Below, in pieces: positions 1 through 10,331 of a stretch of DNA of 52,790 nucleotides (its first letter is position 1; each line of letters starts with the position of its first letter). A program made the translations under genes and the position numbers. The notes under the pieces are model-generated. The model made no database searches. It was given only the letters and a program-made list of their open reading frames with translations, and was not told where the DNA came from. Source of the stretch: Planctomycetota bacterium (lineage in GTDB: Bacteria; Planctomycetota; UBA1135; UBA2386); NCBI GenBank assembly GCA_044351865.1, contig JBILEY010000001.1, positions 1-52,790 on the forward strand, given 5' to 3'.

Positions 1-1
1 C

Positions 2-817
2 TACCTGCCGCTGAACAACGGCGACGATCCGCCGGCGAAGCCGTGCGACGACGACAACAACCGCATGGACGAAGCGCTCGACACGATCGTGCCGCCGTCC
101 AGCGACCAGCCGTACGACATGCGCCAAGTGGTCAAGAAGGTCGTCGACCACGGCAAGTTCTTCGAGATCCAGTCGCGCTACGCGAAGAACATGGTGATCG
201 GCTTCGCGCGCCTCGGCGGCCGTTCGGTCGGCATCGTCGGCAACCAGCCGAACCACCTCGCCGGCGTGCTCGACATCAAGGCGAGCCTGAAGGCGGCCCG
301 CTTCATCCGCTTCTGCGACGCGTTCAACATCCCGCTGGTCACCTTCGAGGACGTGCCGGGCTTCCTGCCGGGCAAGGACCAGGAGTGGGGCGGCATCATC
401 ACGCACGGCGCCAAGCTGCTGTACGCGTACTGCGAAGCCACGGTGCCGAAGATCACCGTCATCACGCGCAAGGCCTACGGCGGCGCCTACGACGTGATGA
501 ACAGCAAGCACATCCGCGCCGACCTGAACCTCGCTTGGCCGTCGGCCGAGATCGCGGTCATGGGCGCCGAGGGCGCGGCGAAGATCGTGTTCCGCCGCGA
601 GATCCTCGCTGCCAAGGACCCGAAGGCCGAGGAGAAGCGGCTGGTCGCCGAGTACAAGGCGAAGTTCGCGAACCCCTACCAGGCCGCCGCGCGCGGCTAC
701 GTCGACGACGTCATCGAGCCGCGCCGCACGCGCCCGATGCTGATCCAGGCGCTGGAGCTGCTGCGCAGCAAGCGCGACAGCAACCCGCCGAAGAAGCACG
801 GCAACATCCCGCTGTGA
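2..817 (+). CDS. pccB: Acyl-CoA (propionyl-CoA type) carboxyltransferase beta subunit, C-terminal part; the 5' end lies outside the window
   Basis: The frame is open from the window edge. The translation ...[91 protein letters not shown]... is the hallmark PccB/AccD carboxyltransferase core. Confidence 0.9.
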   Translation, partial: YLPLNNGDDPPAKPCDDDNNRMDEALDTIVPPSSDQPYDMRQVVKKVVDHGKFFEIQSRYAKNMVIGFARLGGRSVGIVGNQPNHLAGVLDIKASLKAARFIRFCDAFNIPLVTFEDVPGFLPGKDQEWGGIITHGAKLLYAYCEATVPKITVITRKAYGGAYDVMNSKHIRADLNLAWPSAEIAVMGAEGAAKIVFRREILAAKDPKAEEKRLVAEYKAKFANPYQAAARGYVDDVIEPRRTRPMLIQALELLRSKRDSNPPKKHGNIPL

Positions 818-1677
818 GCCCGCCACAGGTCGTCGATTGGCGGCGTTCGCATCGGCTCGCACTCGGCGTGGCGCTGGTCGTTGGTCTGGCCGCCTGCTCG
901 CGGCCCGGAGAGTCGGCGCCGCCCCCGGTCGCTGCCGTCGGCGGCGCGTCTGCGCCGAAGGCGGAGCCGACGCCGGAGGCGGCGCTGATGGCCACGGCGA
1001 GGTCGCAAGCCAAGGAGACGATGGATGCGTTCGTGGCTGGCGACTTCAAGACGTTCGCGGCGCGAACGCTCCCCAAGGTCGTGGCTGGGATGGGCGGGGC
1101 GGATGCCATGGTGGCGCGTTTGCAAACTGGCATGCGCAGCAAGCCAGCGATCGAGGGGCTCGAGATCGGCGCAGTCGACCTCTATCCGATGGGAGCGGCG
1201 ACGTTCGCCGTCGTGCACTACACGCTCGCCGTCTCCGGACACGGTCGTACCCCGTCTTGCCTGATCGGTCGCACCGAGGATGCGGGTGCCCATTGGTACT
1301 TCGTCGACGGCGGCACCGTCACCATCGAGCAGGTCCGCAAGGTCCTGCCGGATTTGCCGGCAGGCGTGCAGTTGCCCGCGACCGGCGCCCGCGCCGAAGC
1401 GGAGCGGAAGGAGGCCGAGGCCCAGGCCACGGTGAACCTGAAGCAACTCGCCGACACGACGGCGCTGTTCCGGATGCTCCGCGGGAAGTTGCCGGGGTCG
1501 CTGGCCGAGCTGACGGCGAAGGACGAGCGCGGCAACGCGTTCCTGGAGTCACTGCCAAAGGACCCGTGGGGCAACGACTACACGCTGCATGGCGATGGCG
1601 CGAAGTGGTGGATCGCCAGCGTCGGGCCGGACGGCACGCCGGGCACCGACGACGACCTCGTAAGCAAGCGGCGTTAG
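814..1677 (+). CDS. Lipoprotein with a C-terminal GspG (type II secretion pseudopilin)-like globular domain and no prepilin leader
   Basis: GTG 814 overlaps the pccB stop (GTGA). The N-terminus [15 protein letters not shown] is a lipobox. The C-terminus [36 protein letters not shown] resembles the T2SS GspG C-terminal domain. Third codon positions are G/C-rich. Confidence 0.6.
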   Translation: MSPPQVVDWRRSHRLALGVALVVGLAACSRPGESAPPPVAAVGGASAPKAEPTPEAALMATARSQAKETMDAFVAGDFKTFAARTLPKVVAGMGGADAMVARLQTGMRSKPAIEGLEIGAVDLYPMGAATFAVVHYTLAVSGHGRTPSCLIGRTEDAGAHWYFVDGGTVTIEQVRKVLPDLPAGVQLPATGARAEAERKEAEAQATVNLKQLADTTALFRMLRGKLPGSLAELTAKDERGNAFLESLPKDPWGNDYTLHGDGAKWWIASVGPDGTPGTDDDLVSKRR

Positions 1678-1684
1678 GCGCCGC

Positions 1685-1704
1685 AACGACGGCACACGGT
1701 CGTT
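1685..1704. terminator. Short hairpin between convergent genes (AACGAC-N8-GTCGTT)
   Basis: A 6-bp inverted repeat lies in the 46-nt gap between convergent stops at 1677 and 1724. There is no T-run. Confidence 0.25.
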
Positions 1705-1723
1705 CGCCAGGGCTTCCAGACCC

Positions 1724-2797
1724 TCACAGCTCGATCGTGCGGCCTTCGCGCGCCGCCCGATCGGCGGCCAGCACGATGCGCAGGCTGTTCACCGCGTCCG
1801 CGAGATGGTCGCGCAGGTCGAGGTCCTCGCGGATCGCCTTCAGCAGGTACTGCTGCTCGCGCAGGCACAGGCCGTCGTGATCGGGTTCGTCGTTGGTGTC
1901 GAGCCATTCGTCCGGCTTGACGAACTGATCGTGCGCGTCGCGGTCCTGCCAGTGCACGCGCAGCGAGTTGGTCTTCGTGTGCGAGTCGACGTCGGCGCTG
2001 CCGGCCTTGCGTTCGCCCTGCTTGTCGACGATCGACACGCAGCCCTTCGGCCCGACGACGTCCTTCACGAAGTAGGCGACCTCGCTCATCATCGGGCCCC
2101 AGCCGGCTTCGTACCAGCCGACCGAACCGTCGGCGAACGTCACCTGCAGCATGCCGTAGTTGTACATGCCGGGCTTCAGCTCGTTCGACAGCCGCGCCTG
2201 GATCGCCGAGACGCGCACCGGCTTGCTGCGCGTCATCTGGCACATGACGTCGACGTAGTGCACGCCGCAGTCGACGATCGGCGACATCGAGTCCATCAGC
2301 GCTTTGTGCGTCGCCCAGTCCTTGCCGCGGCTCTGCTGGTTCAGGTTCATGCGCATGACCAGCGGCTTGCCGAGCGTCTGCGCCACCTGGATGAACTTCT
2401 GCCAAGCCGGGTGCACGCGCAGGATGTAGCCGACGACGACCTTGCGGCGGTGCTTCTGCGCGAGGTCGGCGATCTGCTGCGCTTCTTCGACCGTCTCGGC
2501 CAGCGGCTTCTCGCAGAACACGTGCGAGCCGCCCTGCAGCGCCACCTTGGCGATCGCGGCGTGCGTGTCCGGGTAGGTGTTGATCGACACCACGTCCGGC
2601 TTCGTCGCGGCGTAGGCCTGCTGGAAGTCGGCGAACGTCGGCACGCCGCCGAGTTCGGCCGACAGCTTGTCGCGGGTCGCGGGCGTGCGGGCGACGAGGC
2701 CGCACAGGCGGAAGTCGGAGGACAGCTTGTGGTAGGCGCGGGCGTGCGAAGCGCCCATGTTGCCGCAGCCGACGACGAGCACGCGCAAGGGTGTCAT
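1724..2797 (-). CDS. Gfo/Idh/MocA family NAD(P)-dependent oxidoreductase
   Basis: N-terminal Rossmann motif LRVLVVGCGNMGASHARAY. EKPLA motif (FCEKPLAETVEEA). Overall length is typical of the family. Confidence 0.8.
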   Translation of the reverse strand: MTPLRVLVVGCGNMGASHARAYHKLSSDFRLCGLVARTPATRDKLSAELGGVPTFADFQQAYAATKPDVVSINTYPDTHAAIAKVALQGGSHVFCEKPLAETVEEAQQIADLAQKHRRKVVVGYILRVHPAWQKFIQVAQTLGKPLVMRMNLNQQSRGKDWATHKALMDSMSPIVDCGVHYVDVMCQMTRSKPVRVSAIQARLSNELKPGMYNYGMLQVTFADGSVGWYEAGWGPMMSEVAYFVKDVVGPKGCVSIVDKQGERKAGSADVDSHTKTNSLRVHWQDRDAHDQFVKPDEWLDTNDEPDHDGLCLREQQYLLKAIREDLDLRDHLADAVNSLRIVLAADRAAREGRTIEL

Positions 2798-2852
2798 GGG
2801 CGAGCGTTCTAGCGGCGGCGGCAGCGTTCGCCCAGTGCGAGAAGGCGCCAGC

Positions 2853-4196
2853 TCACTGCAGCTGCGACAGCACGCCCGGGGGCACCAGCACGCCGCCGAT
2901 CGCGTGCACGAGGCCGTTGCCGGCCAGCACGTCGGTGGTCAGCACCTGCTGGCCGTCGAGCAACAGGCCACCCGGGCTCGTCGTCACCGGCACGCTGGGG
3001 CCGAGCAGCGTCGGCAGGCCCTGGCCGGCGCGCGCTTCGATCCACTTCGCGGTCTGCGGCGTCGGCAGCACGTGGAACTGCAGGATCTGCGTCAGCACCG
3101 GCAGGTTGACCGGCTGCAGCAGCTGCTGCAGCAGCCCCGTCGGCAGCGCCGCGAAGGCCGCGTCGGTCGGCGCCAGCACGGTGAACGGACCGGCCGCCGC
3201 GTCGGCGAACGTCGCCGTCAGGTTGGTCGCGTTCAGCGCCGCGATCAGCGTCGAGAAGCCGAGCTGCTGTGCCGCCGTCGCGATCGGGGCCGGCACCGAG
3301 AGCACCGCGTCGAGCACGTGCACGACGCCGTTGGTGCACGGGATGTTGAAGCTGCGGATGCGCGTGCCGTTGACCTGCGCCTGACCGTTGGCCGTGCGGA
3401 ACAGCACCGAGGATCCCTGCACGGTCTCCGCGAGTTCGCCGGCCAGCGCCGTGCCGGCGTTGGTGCGAGCGGGCAGCACGTGGTAGGTCAGCAGGCGCGC
3501 CAGATCCGCCTGGTTCGCCGGCAGCAGCAGCGAGTCGAGCGCGCCCGCGGGCAATGCCGCGAACGCCGCGTTGGTCGGCGCCAGCACGGTGAACGGGCCC
3601 GGCCCCGACAGCGTCGTCGCGAGGCCCGCGGCCTGCACCGCGGCGACCAGCGTCGAGAAGCCGCGCGCCTGCAGCGTCGCCACCACCGACTGCGGCGGCA
3701 GCAGCACCGTGTCGACGACGTGCACGACGCCGTTCGACGCGGCGACGTCGGCCTGCGTCACCCTGCCGTCGTTGACGAACAGGTCGGTGCCGATCGCGTC
3801 GATCGCGACCACCGAGCCGCCGAGCGTCGTGGCGCTGGTCAGCGTGCGCGCCGTGGCGCTCGGCACCGCGCCGGCGACGACGTGGTAGCTGAGGATGTCG
3901 ATCAGCTGCTGGCGGTTCGCCGGCTGCAGCAGGCTGTCGACGGTGCCGGGCGGGAGGGCGGCGAAGGCCGCGTCGCTCGGCGCGAACAGGGTCAGCTGCG
4001 CGGAGCCGGCGAGGTCGTCGTCGAGGCCGGCGGCCTGCAGGGCCGCGGCCAGCGTGTTCAGGCCGAGGCCTTGCAGCGAGCCGGTGATGGTCGGCGTCGC
4101 GCCGGCCGTCCCGGGATTGGAGTCATTGTCGGAGCAGCCGGCGAGGCCGAGGGCCGCCATTGCGGCGAGCAGGCGCACAGTACGGAGGGGTGCCAT
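2853..4196 (-). CDS. Fasciclin (FAS1) domain lipoprotein with three tandem FAS1 domains
   Basis: Start chosen at MAPLRTVRLLAAMAALGLAGCS (lipobox). The FAS1 signatures TVLAPTNAAFAALP ... NGVVHVVDTVLLPP occur three times. Confidence 0.85.
   Translation of the reverse strand: MAPLRTVRLLAAMAALGLAGCSDNDSNPGTAGATPTITGSLQGLGLNTLAAALQAAGLDDDLAGSAQLTLFAPSDAAFAALPPGTVDSLLQPANRQQLIDILSYHVVAGAVPSATARTLTSATTLGGSVVAIDAIGTDLFVNDGRVTQADVAASNGVVHVVDTVLLPPQSVVATLQARGFSTLVAAVQAAGLATTLSGPGPFTVLAPTNAAFAALPAGALDSLLLPANQADLARLLTYHVLPARTNAGTALAGELAETVQGSSVLFRTANGQAQVNGTRIRSFNIPCTNGVVHVLDAVLSVPAPIATAAQQLGFSTLIAALNATNLTATFADAAAGPFTVLAPTDAAFAALPTGLLQQLLQPVNLPVLTQILQFHVLPTPQTAKWIEARAGQGLPTLLGPSVPVTTSPGGLLLDGQQVLTTDVLAGNGLVHAIGGVLVPPGVLSQLQ
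3151..3996. repeat. Intragenic tandem repeat of about 405 nt period (three FAS1 modules)
   Basis: A near-identical ~36-nt core (gcgaaggccgcgtcggtcggcgccagcacggtgaac) recurs at 3151, 3559 and 3961. It encodes the ...TV(L/F)AP(T/S)(D/N)AAFAA... motif on the minus strand. Confidence 0.6.
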
Positions 4197-4405
4197 GGGA
4201 CGATTCGGTGGTGGTGGTGTGGAGACCGAAGGCGCGCCCCGCGGGGGGCGGAGCGGCCACAGGGAACGCATCGAATTTCGGCGCCGTTTTCGCGGCGGAT
4301 GCGCCAGCGTTCCTGCAGGCGTGCGAACGCGGTACTTCGCCGCAACCTGTTACCGGCTCCGGCTGGTTGGCTTCCGGGTCCGCCGGCAGCTACCCTCCGC
4401 GCCCC

Positions 4406-5898
<1,493 letters not shown>

Positions 5899-5902
<4 letters not shown>

Positions 5903-6399
5903 AGTACCTGACGCGATTGGGCGGCGAAGAGCGCGAATTCGTCATCGAGCGGCACGGCGACGCGTTGACCGCGCGCTGTGGCGAGACCACCTACGCGCTC
6001 GACCTGCAGCTGGTCGGCGACGGCACCACGTTCTCGCTGCTGGTCGACGGCAAGAGCTACGACGTGGTCGCCGACATCGACCGCGAAGAGGTCGCGATCC
6101 AGGTCGTCGGCCAGCGCTTCGTCGTGCACGTCGAGGACGAACGCGAACGTGCGGCGCACGCGGTCTCCGGGCCGAAGGTGGGCGGCAAGCGCGAACTGCG
6201 CGCGTCGATGCCGGGCATCGTCAACGACGTCAAGGTGCAGGTCGGCGACGTCGTCGAGGAGGGCAAGACGCTGGTCGTGCTCGAGGCGATGAAGATGCAG
6301 AACCCGCTCGGCGCCGAAGCCGCGGGCAAGATCACGCGCATCGTCTGCAAGAAGGGCGAGGCGGTGGCCGCCGGTGCCTTGCTGCTCGAGATGGAGTGA
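5899..6399 (+). CDS. Biotin carboxyl carrier / biotin-lipoyl attachment domain protein
   Basis: The ATG overlaps the accC stop (ATGA). The C-terminal biotinylation motif is VVLEAMKMQNPL. Confidence 0.85.
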
Positions 6400-7223
6400 T
6401 GCACGCGGCTGCGTCGTCGCGTTCGTTCCGGCGCGCAGCCTTGTTGCTGTTTCTGCTGCTGCCGGCGTGTGCGCTGAGCGCGCGCCCGGTCGGCGAGGCG
6501 CTCGGTGCAGCCGCGGCTGACGAACTGCAGGGCCTCGTGCAGACCGCACTCGAAGCCGTGCAGAAGGCGCCGGACGACGCCCAAGCGCAGCTGCAGGCGA
6601 GCCGGCGCCTGTTCCAGCTCGCCGACCGCACGCTGCAGCAGGCGACTGCCGCGTGGCTCGCGGCGCACGCCGACGCGTCCCGCGCCGAAGTGCTCGCGGC
6701 AGACGACCAGGTCGCCGCGGCGGTGCGCCAGGACGTGGTGTCCTTGTGCACGCGCGGGCTCGAACTCGCCGACGCGGCCGCCGCCTCGCGCCCCGACGAC
6801 GTCGCCGTGCGTTTGCACCAGGCGCTGCACCTGTCGCTGCTGGCGTGGGCCAACGGCCCGGCGCGTTCGCTGATGGCCGGCTACGGGCCGAAGATGGTGA
6901 AGGCGATCGACCGGGCGCTGGCGTTCGATGCGCGGCACGACGGCGGCGCGCCGCTGCGGCTGCAGGGGCGCTTTCGCGGCCAGGCGCCGTGGCCGTACGG
7001 CGACGTGCCGAAGGCGAAGGACGCGCTGCAGCAGGCGTGTGCGGTGGCGTCGTTGCCGGTGAACCATCTGTTCTTCGGCGATGTGCTGCACAAGGCCGGC
7101 GAAGTCGAAGCGGCGCTGCAGCAGTGGCAGCTGGCGACGACGGCGACCCTGGACGACTCGACGCGCTGGTCGGCGGACCTGCTGCGCACGCTGGCGCGCG
7201 CACGCCTCGCTGCGAGGAACTGA
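6396..7223 (+). CDS. Hypothetical lipoprotein, helical (possibly TPR/TatT-like)
   Basis: The start overlaps the BCCP stop (GTGA; an ATG follows at 6399). The signal/lipobox is RRAALLLFLLLPACALS. Third codon positions are G/C-rich. I do not recognise a definite family. Confidence 0.6.
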   Translation: MMHAAASSRSFRRAALLLFLLLPACALSARPVGEALGAAAADELQGLVQTALEAVQKAPDDAQAQLQASRRLFQLADRTLQQATAAWLAAHADASRAEVLAADDQVAAAVRQDVVSLCTRGLELADAAAASRPDDVAVRLHQALHLSLLAWANGPARSLMAGYGPKMVKAIDRALAFDARHDGGAPLRLQGRFRGQAPWPYGDVPKAKDALQQACAVASLPVNHLFFGDVLHKAGEVEAALQQWQLATTATLDDSTRWSADLLRTLARARLAARN

Positions 7224-7357
7224 GCGCGGCGCCGCGCCCTGCCTCCAGTCGCGGCCGCATGCCCGCCGATCGTCCGTAGGTGGCAGGCGCAGGAACCAAT
7301 GCGAGTTCGGCCGTAGGCGTCGCTTGGCGACGGGGCCGCAAGGTCGCTGCCGCGGCG

Positions 7358-9175
7358 ATGCTCGGCGGGATGGTGCTCGCCGTCGGCTGGATGCTGTGCG
7401 GGAGACCCGTGGCGACGGACCGCTGCGGGTTCGCAGGCTTGCTACTGGCCGGCGGCATCGGCATCGGCGTGCTCGCCGCCCTCGCGTCGGCGACGCAGCT
7501 CCCCGCTGCCGCGGCCGAGCGGCTGCACGGGCGATGGGCCGTTCGGCCCGCTTTGGCAGAGGCGGTGGCCTTGCTCGTGAGCATGGTGGTGTGGCCGCTC
7601 GCTGGTCTCGCGGTCGGGCAGGTGGCGGCGGCAGTGCTCGACACCTCGTGGCAGCAGCCGTTCACGTGGTGGGTGTGCTGTTCGGAGCATCGCGCGGCCA
7701 GCTGGCTGGCCTTGGCCGTGCTCTGGGCCTGGTCGCTGACGCCTTGGGCCTACGCGCTGGTGGCCTGGCAGCAGGGCGCGCGTTGGGCCCGTTGGTCGGC
7801 GTTCTCGGCGGTGCTCCTGGCGGTGCCGTTCGCAGTGGCGAACTCGTGGTCGGCGGTGGCCGAGCCGTTGCTACGCGAGTGGCGCGTGCCGGGCTGGCTG
7901 CTCGCCTTGCCTTGGCTCGGCATGGCTGGCGGCTGCGTCGTGCGCGCGGCGATGCACGGCAGTGCCTGGCTCCGGGGTTTCGCCTTCGCTGCGACGCTCG
8001 TCGGTGGCGGCCTCGTCGGCGTGGCAGACCATGCCGAGGCGCCGGCGCCGGGCTTGCCGCCGGCCGGACCGCAGTTGTCCCACATCGACAGCGTGACGCC
8101 GGACCTGCGCTACGTCGTCGGCCTGGGCCGCTTGCCGTCGATGGCCGGCGAAGGACTCGTGCCCATGCGCCTCGACCTCGAGGCTGGCCTCGTCGAACCC
8201 CTGGGCGAGCCGAGTTCCATTTGGGTTTATTCGCCGGTGTTCGGCCCAGGCGGCTCGATCCACTCGCCAGGCATGCGCATGCTGTGGCAGCAAGGAGGGC
8301 CGTCCGTGTCGTCGGCGATCCTGGTGGTCGCGTTGGCGACGGGCGAAAATCACGTCGTGCGGCCGCCAGCCGGCGGTTCCTGGGGGCCGGGCCCCGAGCT
8401 GCTCGACCACGCGGAACGCGACCTGCGTCAGCACCTCGACCTGCGCGCGCCAGGTTGGCGCGGTCGGTTCGTCGGCGACACCATCGAGTGGACCGCTACC
8501 GACGGTTCGGTCGAACTCCGATCATGGCCGTCGGCGCATGGCCGCGTACTCGGCGTCGCCGGCCATGCCGTGCGCACGGATGCCGGGCTCTACGTGCCGC
8601 GCACGAACACGCTGTGGGCGGACTCCGGCCACTACCCTTCGACGGTGGTCGGTCGCTGGCGGCTCGCAAAACAAGACAGCCATCCTGGGCTCTGGACGAA
8701 GCATCGACATGGCGCCGAGTCGATGCTGTTGCCGCAGCTGGGGCGGCGCAGCCTGCTCGGGCTGCTCGACGACGAGCACGTGCTGTTCGGGCCGGGGGAC
8801 GGCGCGACCGGCCTGCTTCTCTACGATCCTGAGCACGAACGCTGCGACGAGCTCGGCGAGGCCGCTGCTCTCGACGATGTCCAAGTCGTCCCAACGGCGC
8901 CGTGGTCGAGTTGGATGTCGCGCGATCCTGCTGGGGTCGTCTGGGTCGAAGGCACCGAGCGACATCGTTGGTGGCGCTGGGGCCTCGACCCCGCGACGCG
9001 CCGCGTGCGGCGTTTCGACCAAGCACTGCGCGGCCAGGTGCTCGGCTTCCGTGCTGGCGACACGGTTCGCGTCGCATGGCTCGGCCAGATCCTCGACGTC
9101 GGACTGCGCGACGGCAGTCGGCGGGTCGTGTGGCCGCCGGCGAACAGCTCGGTGCCGGCCGCGGCCCCGCGTTGA
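7358..9175 (+). CDS. Polytopic Trp-rich membrane protein with a ~370-aa C-terminal soluble domain; function unknown
   Basis: Several hydrophobic segments with many Trp (TSWQQPFTWWVCC, LAVLWAWSLTPWAYALVAWQQGARWARWSAF). The ORF opens at GTG 7280, but its first ~25 codons have atypical third positions, so ATG 7358 is preferred. Confidence 0.55.
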   Translation: MLGGMVLAVGWMLCGRPVATDRCGFAGLLLAGGIGIGVLAALASATQLPAAAAERLHGRWAVRPALAEAVALLVSMVVWPLAGLAVGQVAAAVLDTSWQQPFTWWVCCSEHRAASWLALAVLWAWSLTPWAYALVAWQQGARWARWSAFSAVLLAVPFAVANSWSAVAEPLLREWRVPGWLLALPWLGMAGGCVVRAAMHGSAWLRGFAFAATLVGGGLVGVADHAEAPAPGLPPAGPQLSHIDSVTPDLRYVVGLGRLPSMAGEGLVPMRLDLEAGLVEPLGEPSSIWVYSPVFGPGGSIHSPGMRMLWQQGGPSVSSAILVVALATGENHVVRPPAGGSWGPGPELLDHAERDLRQHLDLRAPGWRGRFVGDTIEWTATDGSVELRSWPSAHGRVLGVAGHAVRTDAGLYVPRTNTLWADSGHYPSTVVGRWRLAKQDSHPGLWTKHRHGAESMLLPQLGRRSLLGLLDDEHVLFGPGDGATGLLLYDPEHERCDELGEAAALDDVQVVPTAPWSSWMSRDPAGVVWVEGTERHRWWRWGLDPATRRVRRFDQALRGQVLGFRAGDTVRVAWLGQILDVGLRDGSRRVVWPPANSSVPAAAPR

Positions 9176-9185
9176 CGGGTCAGGC

Positions 9186-10055
9186 TCAGCGCGTCTCGGC
9201 CTGCAGTCGCAGCGTCATCGTGTGCGTGGCTCCCGGCGCCAGCTCGAGCGCTTCGCTCTTCACGTTCGCGGTCTCGATGCAGCAGAACTTCGTCCAGTCG
9301 TCGGCGGCCATCTGCGACAGCTTCGCCGTCTTCGCCGGCCAGGGATTCCAGACGATCGCCGAGCGCGCGTTCTTGCTGTGCAGCACGACCGTGTGCTTCA
9401 GCGTCGGCGCCCGCAGTTCGAGGCGATCGGGCGTGCCGTGGAACACGCGGTCGGTCTCGGCGCGGAAGTGCAGCGGCGCGCGTGGATCCCAGCCGGTCTC
9501 GGGAGCGCTCGCGGTCTCGGTGCAGCGCACGCCTTCGAGGCCGTGCACCGTCGCCGTGTGCACGTCGCCAACGGCGAAGTAGGTGTGCAGCGCTTCTTCG
9601 CAGCGGAACGGCGCGGTGCCGCGGTTCTCGATCGACAGCGCCAGCTGCAGGCCGTCGCGCAGGTCGATCGAAAAGCGCAGCGCGAACGCGTGCGGCCACA
9701 GCGCGCGCGTCTTCTCGTCGTCCTGCGTCGCCAGCACGACGCGCGGGCCCGCTTCCGCCGCCGCGACCCGCCACTCGAGCGTGCGCGCGAAGCCGTGTGC
9801 TGGCAGCTTCTTGTCGGTCGGATGGTCGCCGAACCACGGGAACACCAGCGGCACGCCGCCGCGCACCGGCTTGCCCGCTGCGTACTCGGGTTTGCTCGCG
9901 GTCCACAGCACGTCGCGATCGCCGACGTGCCACGACAGCAACTGCGCCCCGCACAAGGCGACGAGCACGCGTCCGCCTTGGCCGTCGAGTTGCAGCGCGG
10001 CGCGGCCGCCTGGGTCCTTCGTCGCGGTGATGCCGGCCGGGAAGTTCTGGCTCAT
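9186..10055 (-). CDS. D-hexose-6-phosphate mutarotase (aldose 1-epimerase family, YeaD-like)
   Basis: MSQNFPAG...GGVPLVFPWFGDHP...LPAHGFAR...EEALHTYF... matches the glucose-6-phosphate 1-epimerase pattern. The ATG is at 10053-10055. Confidence 0.8.
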   Translation of the reverse strand: MSQNFPAGITATKDPGGRAALQLDGQGGRVLVALCGAQLLSWHVGDRDVLWTASKPEYAAGKPVRGGVPLVFPWFGDHPTDKKLPAHGFARTLEWRVAAAEAGPRVVLATQDDEKTRALWPHAFALRFSIDLRDGLQLALSIENRGTAPFRCEEALHTYFAVGDVHTATVHGLEGVRCTETASAPETGWDPRAPLHFRAETDRVFHGTPDRLELRAPTLKHTVVLHSKNARSAIVWNPWPAKTAKLSQMAADDWTKFCCIETANVKSEALELAPGATHTMTLRLQAETR

Positions 10056-10085
10056 CGCCGCATTGGAGCGCGGGCGCGCATTGCT

Positions 10086-10270
10086 TTCCGCATCCGGCTC
10101 GGCTACGAGACCGCGCGTTCCCCGCGGGGAAGTCCGGTGCGAAGCCGGCGCTGTCCCGCAGCTGTGACCGAGGACGAACGCGAACGACGCCACTGGTGCG
10201 GCCCGACGGCCACGCTGGGAAGGGTTCGCCAGTAGGACGATCCGGAAGCCAGAACATCCGCGTGGAACCG
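10086..10270 (+). promoter_or_regulatory. Cobalamin (AdoCbl-class) riboswitch in the 5' leader of CDS 10332..11420
   Basis: The conserved blocks occur in canonical order and spacing:
- GGGGAAG (10126-10132), followed by a 4-nt spacer.
- CCGG-TGCGAAG-CCGG hairpin (10134-10148).
- GCTGTCCCGCAGCTGTGA (10150-10167).
- GCCACTG (10189-10195).
- TGGGAAGG (10216-10223).
- B12-box-like GAAGCCAGAACATCC (10245-10259).
The boundaries are approximate. Confidence 0.85.
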
Positions 10271-10331
10271 GCGCCGAGAGGGCGCTGTCCAACTGCTCCT
10301 CGTCCGCGGCGCGAACGACGCCGCGCGAGTC

